This document shows, piece by piece, positions 1 through 9,893 of a stretch of DNA of 45,657 nucleotides. The first letter of the stretch is position 1. Each line of letters opens with the position of its first letter. The notes beneath the pieces are model-generated. The model was not told the DNA's origin and searched no databases. It saw nothing but the letters and a program-made list of their open reading frames with translations. The position numbers and the translations under genes are program-made. Source of the stretch: an uncultured Candidatus Saccharibacteria bacterium (GTDB lineage: Bacteria > Patescibacteriota > Andersenbacteria > UBA10190 > CAIZMI01); contig CAZVRG010000004.1 in NCBI GenBank assembly GCA_964630025.1, positions 1 to 45,657 of the forward strand. Direction: 5' to 3'.

Positions 1-540
1 GAGACGGCGGAACTTGTTGTGCACTCTGCGCTCACTGGGCACCTTGTGCTCTCCACCCTCCACACCAACGATGCGGTGGGCGCTATTCCGCGTCTTCTGG
101 ATATGGGTGTGGAGCCGTTTCTCCTTGCGGCGATTCTCCGGCTTGTCGGCGCGCAGCGCCTTGTGCGTCGCGTCTGCCCGCACTGCCGAACGCCGGTGCC
201 GCTCACGGAAGACGTCCGCGGCGTTCTCGACGCGGAACTCCGTTCTATCCCTGATACAGAAAAGACCGACGACAATCTCCGCGCGCCAAAAACGCTCTTT
301 CAAGGAAAGGGCTGTACCGAATGCGGGGGAACGGGAGTCAGCGGGCGCGTGGCCATTGTGGAAGTTGTTCCCACCATGGAGGAGTTTCGTGCGGCGCTCG
401 TGAAACGCGCCTCGCATGATGAGCTCCGAAAGCTTGCGACAGCGGCCGGCAATATGACGATGCGGCAAGACGGTGTGCTGAAGGCGCTTGCCGGCGAGGT
501 GCTCCTGGAGGAAGTGCTGGGCGTCACATCGGAGGACTGA
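1..540 (+). CDS. pilB: Type IV pilus/type II secretion ATPase (PilB/GspE family), C-terminal fragment; 5' end lies outside the window
   Basis: Frame 1 is open from base 1. It contains the His-box-like LVLSTLHTNDAVGAIPRLLDMG and the CPHC...CTECGGTG tetracysteine motif typical of GspE/PilB C-termini. It sits next to pilT, pilC and pilD. Confidence 0.85.
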   Translation, partial: ETAELVVHSALTGHLVLSTLHTNDAVGAIPRLLDMGVEPFLLAAILRLVGAQRLVRRVCPHCRTPVPLTEDVRGVLDAELRSIPDTEKTDDNLRAPKTLFQGKGCTECGGTGVSGRVAIVEVVPTMEEFRAALVKRASHDELRKLATAAGNMTMRQDGVLKALAGEVLLEEVLGVTSED

Positions 541-603
541 TGCGAAGAGCCCGTAGGCCTGTGCACAAGAGCGTGGTATTCTACCGTTGAGCGCACTCTC
601 GTC

Positions 604-993
604 ATGGCTACATCAAAAGGAAACATTCTCCTCATTGAAGACGACGCCTTTATCGCAGGCATGTATCAAACCAAGCTCGCCATGCTCGGGTATACCATTC
701 GGGTTGCCAGTGACGGGGAAGAAGGGTGGACCATGCTCACCACCGAGCCGCCGGATTTGTTGCTGCTCGACGTTGTGCTGCCCAAACGAGACGGATTTGA
801 AATTCTTGCTGCGGCACGGAAAGACCCGAAGCTCCAGCAGCTGCCGATTCTGCTCCTCACGAATCTCGGACAAAAGCCCGACGTGCAGCGCGGCCTCGAA
901 CTCGGCGCAAACGATTACATTATTAAGGCGCATTTCACGCCATCTGAAGTTGTGGAGAAAATCGAGAAAGTGCTTCGGGGGAAGACGTCGTAG
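604..993 (+). CDS. Stand-alone CheY-like response regulator receiver domain (PilH/PilG-like by context)
   Basis: 129 aa with an acidic pocket (LLIEDDAF), a phospho-acceptor Asp (LLLLDVVLP), a conserved Thr (LLLTNLG) and Lys (DYIIKAHF). No output domain. Confidence 0.85.
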   Translation: MATSKGNILLIEDDAFIAGMYQTKLAMLGYTIRVASDGEEGWTMLTTEPPDLLLLDVVLPKRDGFEILAAARKDPKLQQLPILLLTNLGQKPDVQRGLELGANDYIIKAHFTPSEVVEKIEKVLRGKTS

Positions 994-1063
994 CGCGCGC
1001 ATCCTTCCAAAGGATGCTGCCGCGTAGAACCTCTTCACCCGCGCGTATGACCTGCACGCACGC

Positions 1064-2119
1064 ATGAGCGCGGAAACACTTCTCCAAGATTTTCTCCGTG
1101 ATGTACGCAGTCTGAACGCATCGGATCTGCATCTTTCTGTTGGCCGTTCTCCCATTGTGCGCGTTGACGGAGCACTCCGCGTGCTCGAAGACCGTCATCC
1201 GCTGTCTGCCGAAGACCTTGCACAGATGGTGCAATGCGTCATGGGGATTGATCGCGCGCCGCAGTTTTTCAAGGAACGGCAGGGAATTGATATCGCATAC
1301 GAGCCGTCGCGTGACGGGCTTCGCTTTCGCGTGAATATGTTTTGGAGTCGTGGAGAGCCCGCGCTGGTGTTCCGCGCGATCTCGCGCACCGTTCGGACGT
1401 TGCGCGACCTGTCGCTTCCCGATACCCTGCTCCGATTCACGGAACCAAAAAAAGGTTTTGTGCTTTTTGCTGCCCCTTCCGGTCATGGAAAAACCACCAC
1501 GATGGCGGCGCTCGTCGAATACATCAATCAAACACGTTCCGAGCACATTATTACCATTGAAGATCCCATTGAGTATGTGTACACCGATGCGCGCTCGCTT
1601 GTGCATCAGCGTGAAATCGGCACCGATACGCGTTCCTTCCCCGATGCGATCCGTTCCGCGCTCCGAGAAGACCCGAACATTCTCGTGATCGGAGAAATGC
1701 GCGATCTGGAGACGATTGCCGCGGCGCTCACGGTCGCAGAAACGGGCCATCTGGTATTCGGCACCATTCATACGAACGATGCCGCGCAAACGATTGACCG
1801 TATTCTCGACGCATTTCCCGCGGATCGTCAGTCGGAAGTGCGGGTACAGCTTGCAGGAGCGCTCACCGGCGTTGTGTCGCAGCGTCTTCTTCCGCGGGTG
1901 TCCGGCGGACGCGTGCCCATCGTAGAGATTCTCGTGGCCAATCCGGCGGTACGCAATCTTATTCGGGAAGGGGAAACCGAACAGATTCCCGGACTCATTC
2001 AAACAGGTGCGGACGCAGGAATGGTATCGCTGGAACGCTCCATTGCGGAGCTGCTCCGACGCGGAGAGATCACGCCGGACGCAGCACGGCCCTATGTGTC
2101 TTCGAATGTTCCGTCGTGA
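1064..2119 (+). CDS. pilT: Twitching-motility (pilus retraction) ATPase PilT
   Basis: Walker A APSGHGKTTT, Asp box ITIEDPIEY, Walker B ILVIGEMRD and His box GHLVFGTIHTNDA. The 351-aa size is typical of PilT. Confidence 0.9.
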   Translation: MSAETLLQDFLRDVRSLNASDLHLSVGRSPIVRVDGALRVLEDRHPLSAEDLAQMVQCVMGIDRAPQFFKERQGIDIAYEPSRDGLRFRVNMFWSRGEPALVFRAISRTVRTLRDLSLPDTLLRFTEPKKGFVLFAAPSGHGKTTTMAALVEYINQTRSEHIITIEDPIEYVYTDARSLVHQREIGTDTRSFPDAIRSALREDPNILVIGEMRDLETIAAALTVAETGHLVFGTIHTNDAAQTIDRILDAFPADRQSEVRVQLAGALTGVVSQRLLPRVSGGRVPIVEILVANPAVRNLIREGETEQIPGLIQTGADAGMVSLERSIAELLRRGEITPDAARPYVSSNVPS

Positions 2120-2184
2120 AATTTCACAGATATCGCACTCCCGTGTTGTGCTACACTCACATGGTCACACACATCAACTGACCC

Positions 2185-3393
2185 ATGCCTGAATATTCAT
2201 ACCGCGCGCGCACCCGCCTGGGGCGCGTCACCAAAGGAACGGTAAAAGCCGCGAGTCCCGAACGCGCAAGCGAAATGCTTGCCGAGCACGGTCTCGTTCC
2301 TTTGGAGATTCAGGATGTCCGTGAGCTTGCATTCTGGAAGCGCGATATCAAATTTGGCGGCGTGCGCACCCGCGACCGTGCCATTTTTGCGCGGGAACTC
2401 GCAACGATGATCGAGGCAGGCATTCCCATTTTGCAGGCGTTGCGCATTTTGGGGCAGCAAACAGACAGCGCGCGCTTGGCGGATATCCTTCGGAATGTCA
2501 GTTACGAGGTCGAGGGTGGCAGTCTGTTGAGTAACGCGCTCGAAAAGTACGCACGGGATTTTTCCGAGTTCTTTGTGAGCATGGTGCGTTCCGGAGAAGC
2601 AAGCGGCCAGGTATCCAAAGCGCTTCTTTCGCTTGCGGAACATGAGGAGCGCGATGCGGAGCTCGTACGCAAAGTGCGTACCGCGCTGCTCTATCCGGCA
2701 TTTGTGCTCGTGATGATGGTCGTGCTCGTTCTCATCATGGCCAATTTCGTCATGCCGCAGCTCACGCAATTGTTCGAAGAAGCGCACGTAGCGCTTCCAT
2801 TGATCACGCGTGTCTTTTTGGGCGTGACACTCTTTCTCCAGAGATTCTGGTGGTTCGTGCTGCTCTTCCTCGGCATTGTGGTGTACATCACGATGAGTTA
2901 TCTCCGCACGCAGGAGGGAAAGTACAACGCAAGTGCATTTGTGCTGCGTCTCCCGCTCTTGAGCACGCTTCTCCGAAAGCTCTATCTTGCCCGCTTTTCT
3001 GGCGCTCTGCAGACGCTGCTTGAAGCGGAGGTGCCCGTGGTCCGCGCGCTGCTTATCGCACGCGATGTGATCGCCAATCGCGTCTATCAGAATATTATCG
3101 AGCGTACCGCTGAAGACGTGAAAAACGGCAGTACCATCTCCCAGGCGCTCGAGAAATATCCTGATATTCCCATGATGGTCTCCGCGATGATTGGCGTGGG
3201 CGAGCGCAGCGGGCAGCTTGGACAAGCGTTTGGAAATGTTCACCGCTTATACCGGCGGGATGTCGACGATGCATTGAGCAATCTGACGGTGCTTATTGAG
3301 CCCATTGTGATTGTGGTGATTGGTATTGGCGTCGCGTTTTTGCTCGCTGCGGTGCTGCTGCCCATCTACAGTCTTATTCAAGTGGTTTCGTAA
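2185..3393 (+). CDS. pilC: Type IV pilus platform protein PilC (GspF family)
   Basis: 402 aa with two GspF-type repeats (ELATMIEAGIPILQAL and LQTLLEAEVPVVRAL) and hydrophobic TM segments after each. Confidence 0.9.
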   Translation: MPEYSYRARTRLGRVTKGTVKAASPERASEMLAEHGLVPLEIQDVRELAFWKRDIKFGGVRTRDRAIFARELATMIEAGIPILQALRILGQQTDSARLADILRNVSYEVEGGSLLSNALEKYARDFSEFFVSMVRSGEASGQVSKALLSLAEHEERDAELVRKVRTALLYPAFVLVMMVVLVLIMANFVMPQLTQLFEEAHVALPLITRVFLGVTLFLQRFWWFVLLFLGIVVYITMSYLRTQEGKYNASAFVLRLPLLSTLLRKLYLARFSGALQTLLEAEVPVVRALLIARDVIANRVYQNIIERTAEDVKNGSTISQALEKYPDIPMMVSAMIGVGERSGQLGQAFGNVHRLYRRDVDDALSNLTVLIEPIVIVVIGIGVAFLLAAVLLPIYSLIQVVS

Positions 3394-3496
3394 GGCTCGT
3401 GCACATGTGTGGTAAACTTTCCTGTGTGATTCGCCAGCACTGTTCCCATTGCTCCGGAGTAGTTTCTTGTGGAGTATTGAGAGGAGGTGAGCGCAC

Positions 3497-4027
3497 ATGA
3501 ACATTCGTCAAGCTGGGCTACGCGGCGGGTTTACCCCGCACCAGCTCTTCCGTGGGAAAAGTAGTGCGGGATTTACGCTCATCGAGCTTCTCGTGGTCAT
3601 TGCGATCATCGGGATTCTCGCAACGCTCATCTTCATTTCCTTAGGAGCTGCCCGCGCACGGGCGCGTGACACGCGGGTGGTCTCCAACCTCGAACAGGCA
3701 ATGACGGTGTGTATTCTCCGTCAGGATGTGTACGGAGATCATCAGAAATGCGTGAAGACCGATCAAGGCGAAAGTGAATCGCCAGGCGCACTTTCTCGTC
3801 TCGACAAAGACACCGCGCAGATTGACGGCGTTGGTGGAGCAAATGACGGCGGTATTACCCTCGATCCGGGACCGAGTAACAGCAAAATGTGCATGCTGGT
3901 CACGTTGAATGCAAAGAGCGGGAGCAATAATAAGAAGTTTTGCCGCGATGACGGTGGAAACGTCACCTCATCGGTTGGTTCAGCAGATGCAAGCTGCAAC
4001 CTCGGCGTCTGCAACCCGGGGACATAA
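3497..4027 (+). CDS. Type IV pilin (probable major pilin) with a long class III leader
   Basis: Prepilin motif GKSSAG/FTLIELLVVIAIIGILA with Gly-1, Phe+1 and Glu+5. A strong SD GAGGAGGTGA lies at 3481-3490. The C-terminus has Cys residues consistent with a disulfide loop. Confidence 0.85.
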   Translation: MNIRQAGLRGGFTPHQLFRGKSSAGFTLIELLVVIAIIGILATLIFISLGAARARARDTRVVSNLEQAMTVCILRQDVYGDHQKCVKTDQGESESPGALSRLDKDTAQIDGVGGANDGGITLDPGPSNSKMCMLVTLNAKSGSNNKKFCRDDGGNVTSSVGSADASCNLGVCNPGT

Positions 4028-4042
4028 GATCACGATGGATCA

Positions 4043-4834
4043 ATGTGGTCGGTAAGCGCATTGGTGATCGGAGCGATTGTTGGAAGCACGCTTACCACGA
4101 TTATTGAACGGCTCCCTCGGCAGGAATCATTCCTCCGAGGGAGATCGCGTTGCCCGCACTGCGGAACATCCCTGACCGCGCGGGACCTTTTCCCCATCGC
4201 AAGTTTTCTTCTGCTGCGCGGGCGGTGCCGGCACTGCGCTGTTCCCATTCCGCGCTGGCATCTGGCGGTGGAGATCAGTGTGCCGGCGTTGTTTCTTCTG
4301 GCGGTTGTGCTGCTGCCTGGGTCCGCGGTTCCTGATCAGGTTTCCCGCTGGGTGCTGCTCGCGTTGCTTCTCGCGCTCACGGTGATTGATCTGCAGACAT
4401 TTCTGTTGCCGGACGTGCTGGTGCTTGCCATGGCGGGCGTCGGTGTTGTGCGGAGTGTCACGTTGCACATGCCGCCCCTTCCCTCCGCACTTCTTGGAGG
4501 AATTGTTGGTTTAGGCGTGCTGGGGGCGTTTGCGCTGATCCCCTGGCGTCGTCGGTCGGGTGACCGTACCGATGCGCTTCCTGCAACCGCCATGGGACTT
4601 GGGGATGCAAAACTCGCCGGTGCGATGGGCGTTGTTCTCGGCATGCAGGGGCTCATCACGGCACTCTTTGTGGCGTTTGTCGCTGGCGGTGCGGTAGGAA
4701 GCGCACTTCTTCTCACGCGGCGCGCAACCTTTGCGAGCCGCATCCCGTTCGGACCATTCTTGGCGGGCGCAACGATGCTCATTCTCCTGTTTCCCAACCT
4801 TCCGCATCTCTTTTTTGGTCTGTTGGGATTCTGA
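4043..4834 (+). CDS. pilD: Prepilin peptidase / N-methyltransferase PilD (peptidase A24)
   Basis: N-terminal CPHC...CRHC zinc motif, a polytopic membrane profile and the GLGDAKLAGAMG catalytic Asp motif. Confidence 0.9.
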   Translation: MWSVSALVIGAIVGSTLTTIIERLPRQESFLRGRSRCPHCGTSLTARDLFPIASFLLLRGRCRHCAVPIPRWHLAVEISVPALFLLAVVLLPGSAVPDQVSRWVLLALLLALTVIDLQTFLLPDVLVLAMAGVGVVRSVTLHMPPLPSALLGGIVGLGVLGAFALIPWRRRSGDRTDALPATAMGLGDAKLAGAMGVVLGMQGLITALFVAFVAGGAVGSALLLTRRATFASRIPFGPFLAGATMLILLFPNLPHLFFGLLGF

Positions 4835-4835
4835 T

Positions 4836-4938
4836 ACACCCCGTTAGAGACCTTTGAGGATTTTTCGCGCTATCGCGCAGGGAATAGAGATATGAAACCA
4901 GCGTCGGCTTTTTCAGAAGGTTTCTAACGGGGTATACT
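4836..4938. repeat. CCCCGTTAGA-type inverted repeat, copy 1, ending in a TATACT -10 box
   Basis: Left arm ACACCCCGTTAGAGACC and right arm GGTTTCTAACGGGGTATACT, with a 65-nt spacer containing a small CGCG-CTAT-CGCG hairpin. TATACT lies at 4933-4938, 17 nt before ATG 4956. Confidence 0.8.
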
Positions 4939-4955
4939 ACAGAGAAACGGACAGC

Positions 4956-5546
4956 ATGACGCAATTCATAGGGAACAGGGAACAGAGAACAGGACACAGA
5001 GAACGCACGCAACGCGTCCCTGATCCCTGTTCCCTGATCCCTGTTCCTTTTCCCTCGTCGTCCGCTGGCATCACCTTCATTGAAGTGCTGGTCACGGTCT
5101 TCATCGTTGGGCTTATGTCCACCATTCTTCTCGTTGGCGCTGTCGGTGCGCGGAGAAACGCGACGGTCCGGACTGCCGCGCAGCAGGTAGCGGCATTTCT
5201 TCGTGAGACGGGAAACCTTGCGCTGAACGGCGTGAAAGCAGAAGATTGCGACCCAAGCGATTCGCAGTGCTCTGCCTATCGCGTCACGCTCGGTCCATCA
5301 GACACCAAGACCGCGTACATGCGTCAGGCGCTTGGCGGCGGAGAAGAAGTGCGTGTGCCGTTGCCCGTCGGTGCGGTGTTTCCCGTCACGAATCAAGAAG
5401 TGGAATTCGTCTACACCCCCCCAATCCTTTCTGCAACGGCGGCGGAGATTGCCATAACGCATACAACCGGCGCGCCGCGGTGGCTGGTCTGCGTCACCTC
5501 GCTGGGAAGTGTTACCGTACAAACAGGAGAACAGTGCGTGCAATGA
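4956..5546 (+). CDS. Minor pilin / pseudopilin (prepilin-type N-terminal domain)
   Basis: PSSSAG/ITFIEVLVTVFIVGLM with Glu+5. The ~38-aa leader is encoded by heptamer hairpin H1. No in-frame ATG, GTG or TTG lies between the hairpin and the cleavage motif. Confidence 0.75.
   Translation: MTQFIGNREQRTGHRERTQRVPDPCSLIPVPFPSSSAGITFIEVLVTVFIVGLMSTILLVGAVGARRNATVRTAAQQVAAFLRETGNLALNGVKAEDCDPSDSQCSAYRVTLGPSDTKTAYMRQALGGGEEVRVPLPVGAVFPVTNQEVEFVYTPPILSATAAEIAITHTTGAPRWLVCVTSLGSVTVQTGEQCVQ
4971..5047. repeat. Heptamer-arm hairpin H1 (inside the pseudopilin leader)
   Basis: Left arm GGGAACA GGGAACA GAGAACA GGACACA, core GAGAACGCACGCAACGCGTCCC, right arm TGATCCC TGTTCCC TGATCCC TGTTCC. The arms are near-perfectly complementary. 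Confidence 0.85.
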
Positions 5547-6238
5547 CACAAACACCAGTGAACAGGGAACAGGGAACAGGGAACAGGGAACGCACGCAGC
5601 GTGTCCCTCCAGTCTCTGGCCTAAGTAAGGCCTCGTCGTCCGGCTTTACCCTTCTCGGTGTTCTCATTGGCGCGTTGTTCATTGTTCTTGTCTCCACGGG
5701 ACTTGTGTTCACCGCACAGCGCACGGGACGTGTTGCCACCGCAACCAAAGAACGGCTCATTTCGACACTTCTTGCGCGGGAAGGTGTTGAACTTGTGCGC
5801 GCGATTCGCGATAACAACTGGCTCGCGACGCCGCGGTGTCCTGCAGTTGGCGCGTGCACGATTTTTTGGCGTGGGCAAACGAGTGGTCCGGGTGCACTCT
5901 GTAACGGAACGTTTCGCATCGATGCCGACGCGCTTGAACTTCTCCCTGCTTCCGCAGGTAGTGAAGAAACGCGGCTTGCACTCGATGGCACAGCATACCG
6001 TCATGGCAGCGGCACGCCAACGACATACCGGCGTTGGGTCACTATTGAATCGCCGGAGGAAGGATGCGGAACACCCTCGATCTTCTCCCTCGGATCCATT
6101 CCCGCTCCGCAACCGCCACAGCCGCTGACGGTGCGTGTGGTTGTGGCATGGGACGACAACCCCGATGCTTCCTGTGCGCCAGGCCGTCAGTGTGTTGAAT
6201 TACGAGAAGATCTTCACCCGTGGATGAATTTCCGATGA
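5543..6238 (+). CDS. Minor pilin / pseudopilin-like protein
   Basis: KASSSG/FTLLGVLIGALFIVLV, with no Glu+5. ATG 5543 overlaps the upstream TGA (ATGA), so it was preferred over the 5246 ORF extension, which overlaps the upstream gene out of frame. The leader is encoded by hairpin H2. Confidence 0.7.
   Translation: MTQTPVNREQGTGNRERTQRVPPVSGLSKASSSGFTLLGVLIGALFIVLVSTGLVFTAQRTGRVATATKERLISTLLAREGVELVRAIRDNNWLATPRCPAVGACTIFWRGQTSGPGALCNGTFRIDADALELLPASAGSEETRLALDGTAYRHGSGTPTTYRRWVTIESPEEGCGTPSIFSLGSIPAPQPPQPLTVRVVVAWDDNPDASCAPGRQCVELREDLHPWMNFR
5558..5620. repeat. Heptamer-arm element H2 (degenerate right arm)
   Basis: GTGAACA followed by four GGGAACA units (the last truncated), then core GCACGCAGCGTGTCCC. 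The right arm TCCAGTCTCTGG is only weakly complementary. Confidence 0.7.
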
Positions 6239-6861
6239 ACATACGGATACGAGGGATCAGAGAACAGGGGACAGTGAACAGAGAACGCACCCGACGCGTC
6301 CCTGTCCTCTGTGCTCTGCCCCCTGTCCCCGCGTCGTCCGGCTTTACCTTCATTGAAGCGATTGTTTCTGTTGCCATCTTTCTTGTGCTTATCGGTACGG
6401 TGGCGGGAATTTTTTCCACGTTCTCGCGCCAGCAGAAGCAGGGCATTACGCAGGCAACGCTTCTTGGGGAAGCGCAGGCCGCCATCGAAATCTTGGAACG
6501 GGAAGTACGGACAGGGTTCTCCAATACATTTTCCGGTGCTGGCGCCGCGTTCAGCTTTCGCAACCAAAATAACGTTCTCGTCACGTATGAACTCGCCGAT
6601 GGGCGCCTGATGCGGCGCGCTGTTCCTCCAGATCAAGCAACCCCGGTCACGCCGGCGACTGTGGAGATACGGTCGCTCGAATTTGTGACACGCACGCCAA
6701 CCATCGATCTTGGCGCAGCGCCCCAAGTGCCCATTCTCACCGGAGAACAAGGCCGCGTCACTGTCCGCATGCGCATGTGCCCCACAGGCATTGATACCGA
6801 TCAGCGATGCCTGCAGGTACAGACAACCTTAACGTCGCGCCAATATGCACCCGCACTCTAA
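6235..6861 (+). CDS. Minor pilin / pseudopilin
   Basis: PASSG/FTFIEAIVSVAIFLVLIG with Glu+5. ATG 6235 overlaps the upstream TGA; the alternative start is GTG 6220. The leader is encoded by hairpin H3. Confidence 0.7.
   Translation: MNIRIRGIREQGTVNRERTRRVPVLCALPPVPASSGFTFIEAIVSVAIFLVLIGTVAGIFSTFSRQQKQGITQATLLGEAQAAIEILEREVRTGFSNTFSGAGAAFSFRNQNNVLVTYELADGRLMRRAVPPDQATPVTPATVEIRSLEFVTRTPTIDLGAAPQVPILTGEQGRVTVRMRMCPTGIDTDQRCLQVQTTLTSRQYAPAL
6253..6330. repeat. Heptamer-arm hairpin H3
   Basis: Left arm GGGATCA GAGAACA GGGGACA GTGAACA GAGAAC, core GCACCCGACGCGTCC, right arm CTGTCCT CTGTGCT CTGCCCC CTGTCCCC. Confidence 0.8.
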
Positions 6862-7312
6862 GCGAGAACAGCGCATCACGCACACCTCGTCATCACGCGG
6901 TGATACATCGATTCTTCTTATTTCTCTGTTGCTGATCGTTCTTGTGCTTGGCGCAACGGCACTGACGGTCCTTTCTATAGTGAATCTTCGCGGAGCAGGA
7001 AATGTTGCCGAAAGCTCTCAAGCACTCTATGCCGCTGACACCGGCGTCGAACGCGGATTGTCACTGTACTGGTGGAGCAATCCGTTATCCCCAACATGTA
7101 CGCAGGAAGATAATGTTCCGGTGGGAGACGCCGCAACATACCAACTCACCGTTCGGTCGGATACTGATTCTTGCCCCACATTGCTGGATTTGCAAGGCGG
7201 CGTGCGCGCCCTGTGTGTAGAAGCAATCGGGAAAGTGCGTGATGGCGAGGTACGACGGCGTGTGACCAACGATACAAACCCCACAGGTCTTCTGAATCCC
7301 TGCGGTCGGTAG
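6845..7312 (+). CDS. PilX-like / minor-pilin-like protein with an N-terminal hydrophobic helix
   Basis: ILLISLLLIVLVLGATALTVL followed by ALYAADTGVERGL, reminiscent of PilX N-terminal domains. It overlaps the upstream gene by 17 nt and is last in the pilin operon. Confidence 0.55.
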   Translation: MHPHSKREQRITHTSSSRGDTSILLISLLLIVLVLGATALTVLSIVNLRGAGNVAESSQALYAADTGVERGLSLYWWSNPLSPTCTQEDNVPVGDAATYQLTVRSDTDSCPTLLDLQGGVRALCVEAIGKVRDGEVRRRVTNDTNPTGLLNPCGR

Positions 7313-7316
7313 ACTC

Positions 7317-9552
<2,236 letters not shown>

Positions 9553-9596
9553 GAGTACCGTCGCTTCGCACCCTGCTCTCCGTGTAAGATAGGATT

Positions 9597-9893
9597 ATGG
9601 TTCACTCCGATAGAACACTGGTGCCGCGCATTGCCGATCTTGCGCGTCTTGCGTTGACAGTGGAAGAAGAAAAACGTCTTGCAAAAGAATTCGAGGATAT
9701 TCTTTCCTACGTCAGTCAGGTACAAGAAGTTGACGCGTCAGAAGAACCACTCACCACAACCATCAGCGGCGTGCAGCATGTGCTTCGCAATGATGTGGCT
9801 GCCTCCTCCTCGCTCACAGAAGAGCTGTTGGCATGTGCTCCGGATGTGGAAAAACGTTCGGTGCGTGTTCCGCCGATTCTTTCTGCGTCATGA
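9597..9893 (+). CDS. gatC: Asp/Glu-tRNA amidotransferase subunit C
   Basis: 98 aa with IADLARLALTVEEEKRLAKEFEDILSYV, typical of GatC. Its stop overlaps the gatA start (ATGA). Confidence 0.85.
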   Translation: MVHSDRTLVPRIADLARLALTVEEEKRLAKEFEDILSYVSQVQEVDASEEPLTTTISGVQHVLRNDVAASSSLTEELLACAPDVEKRSVRVPPILSAS

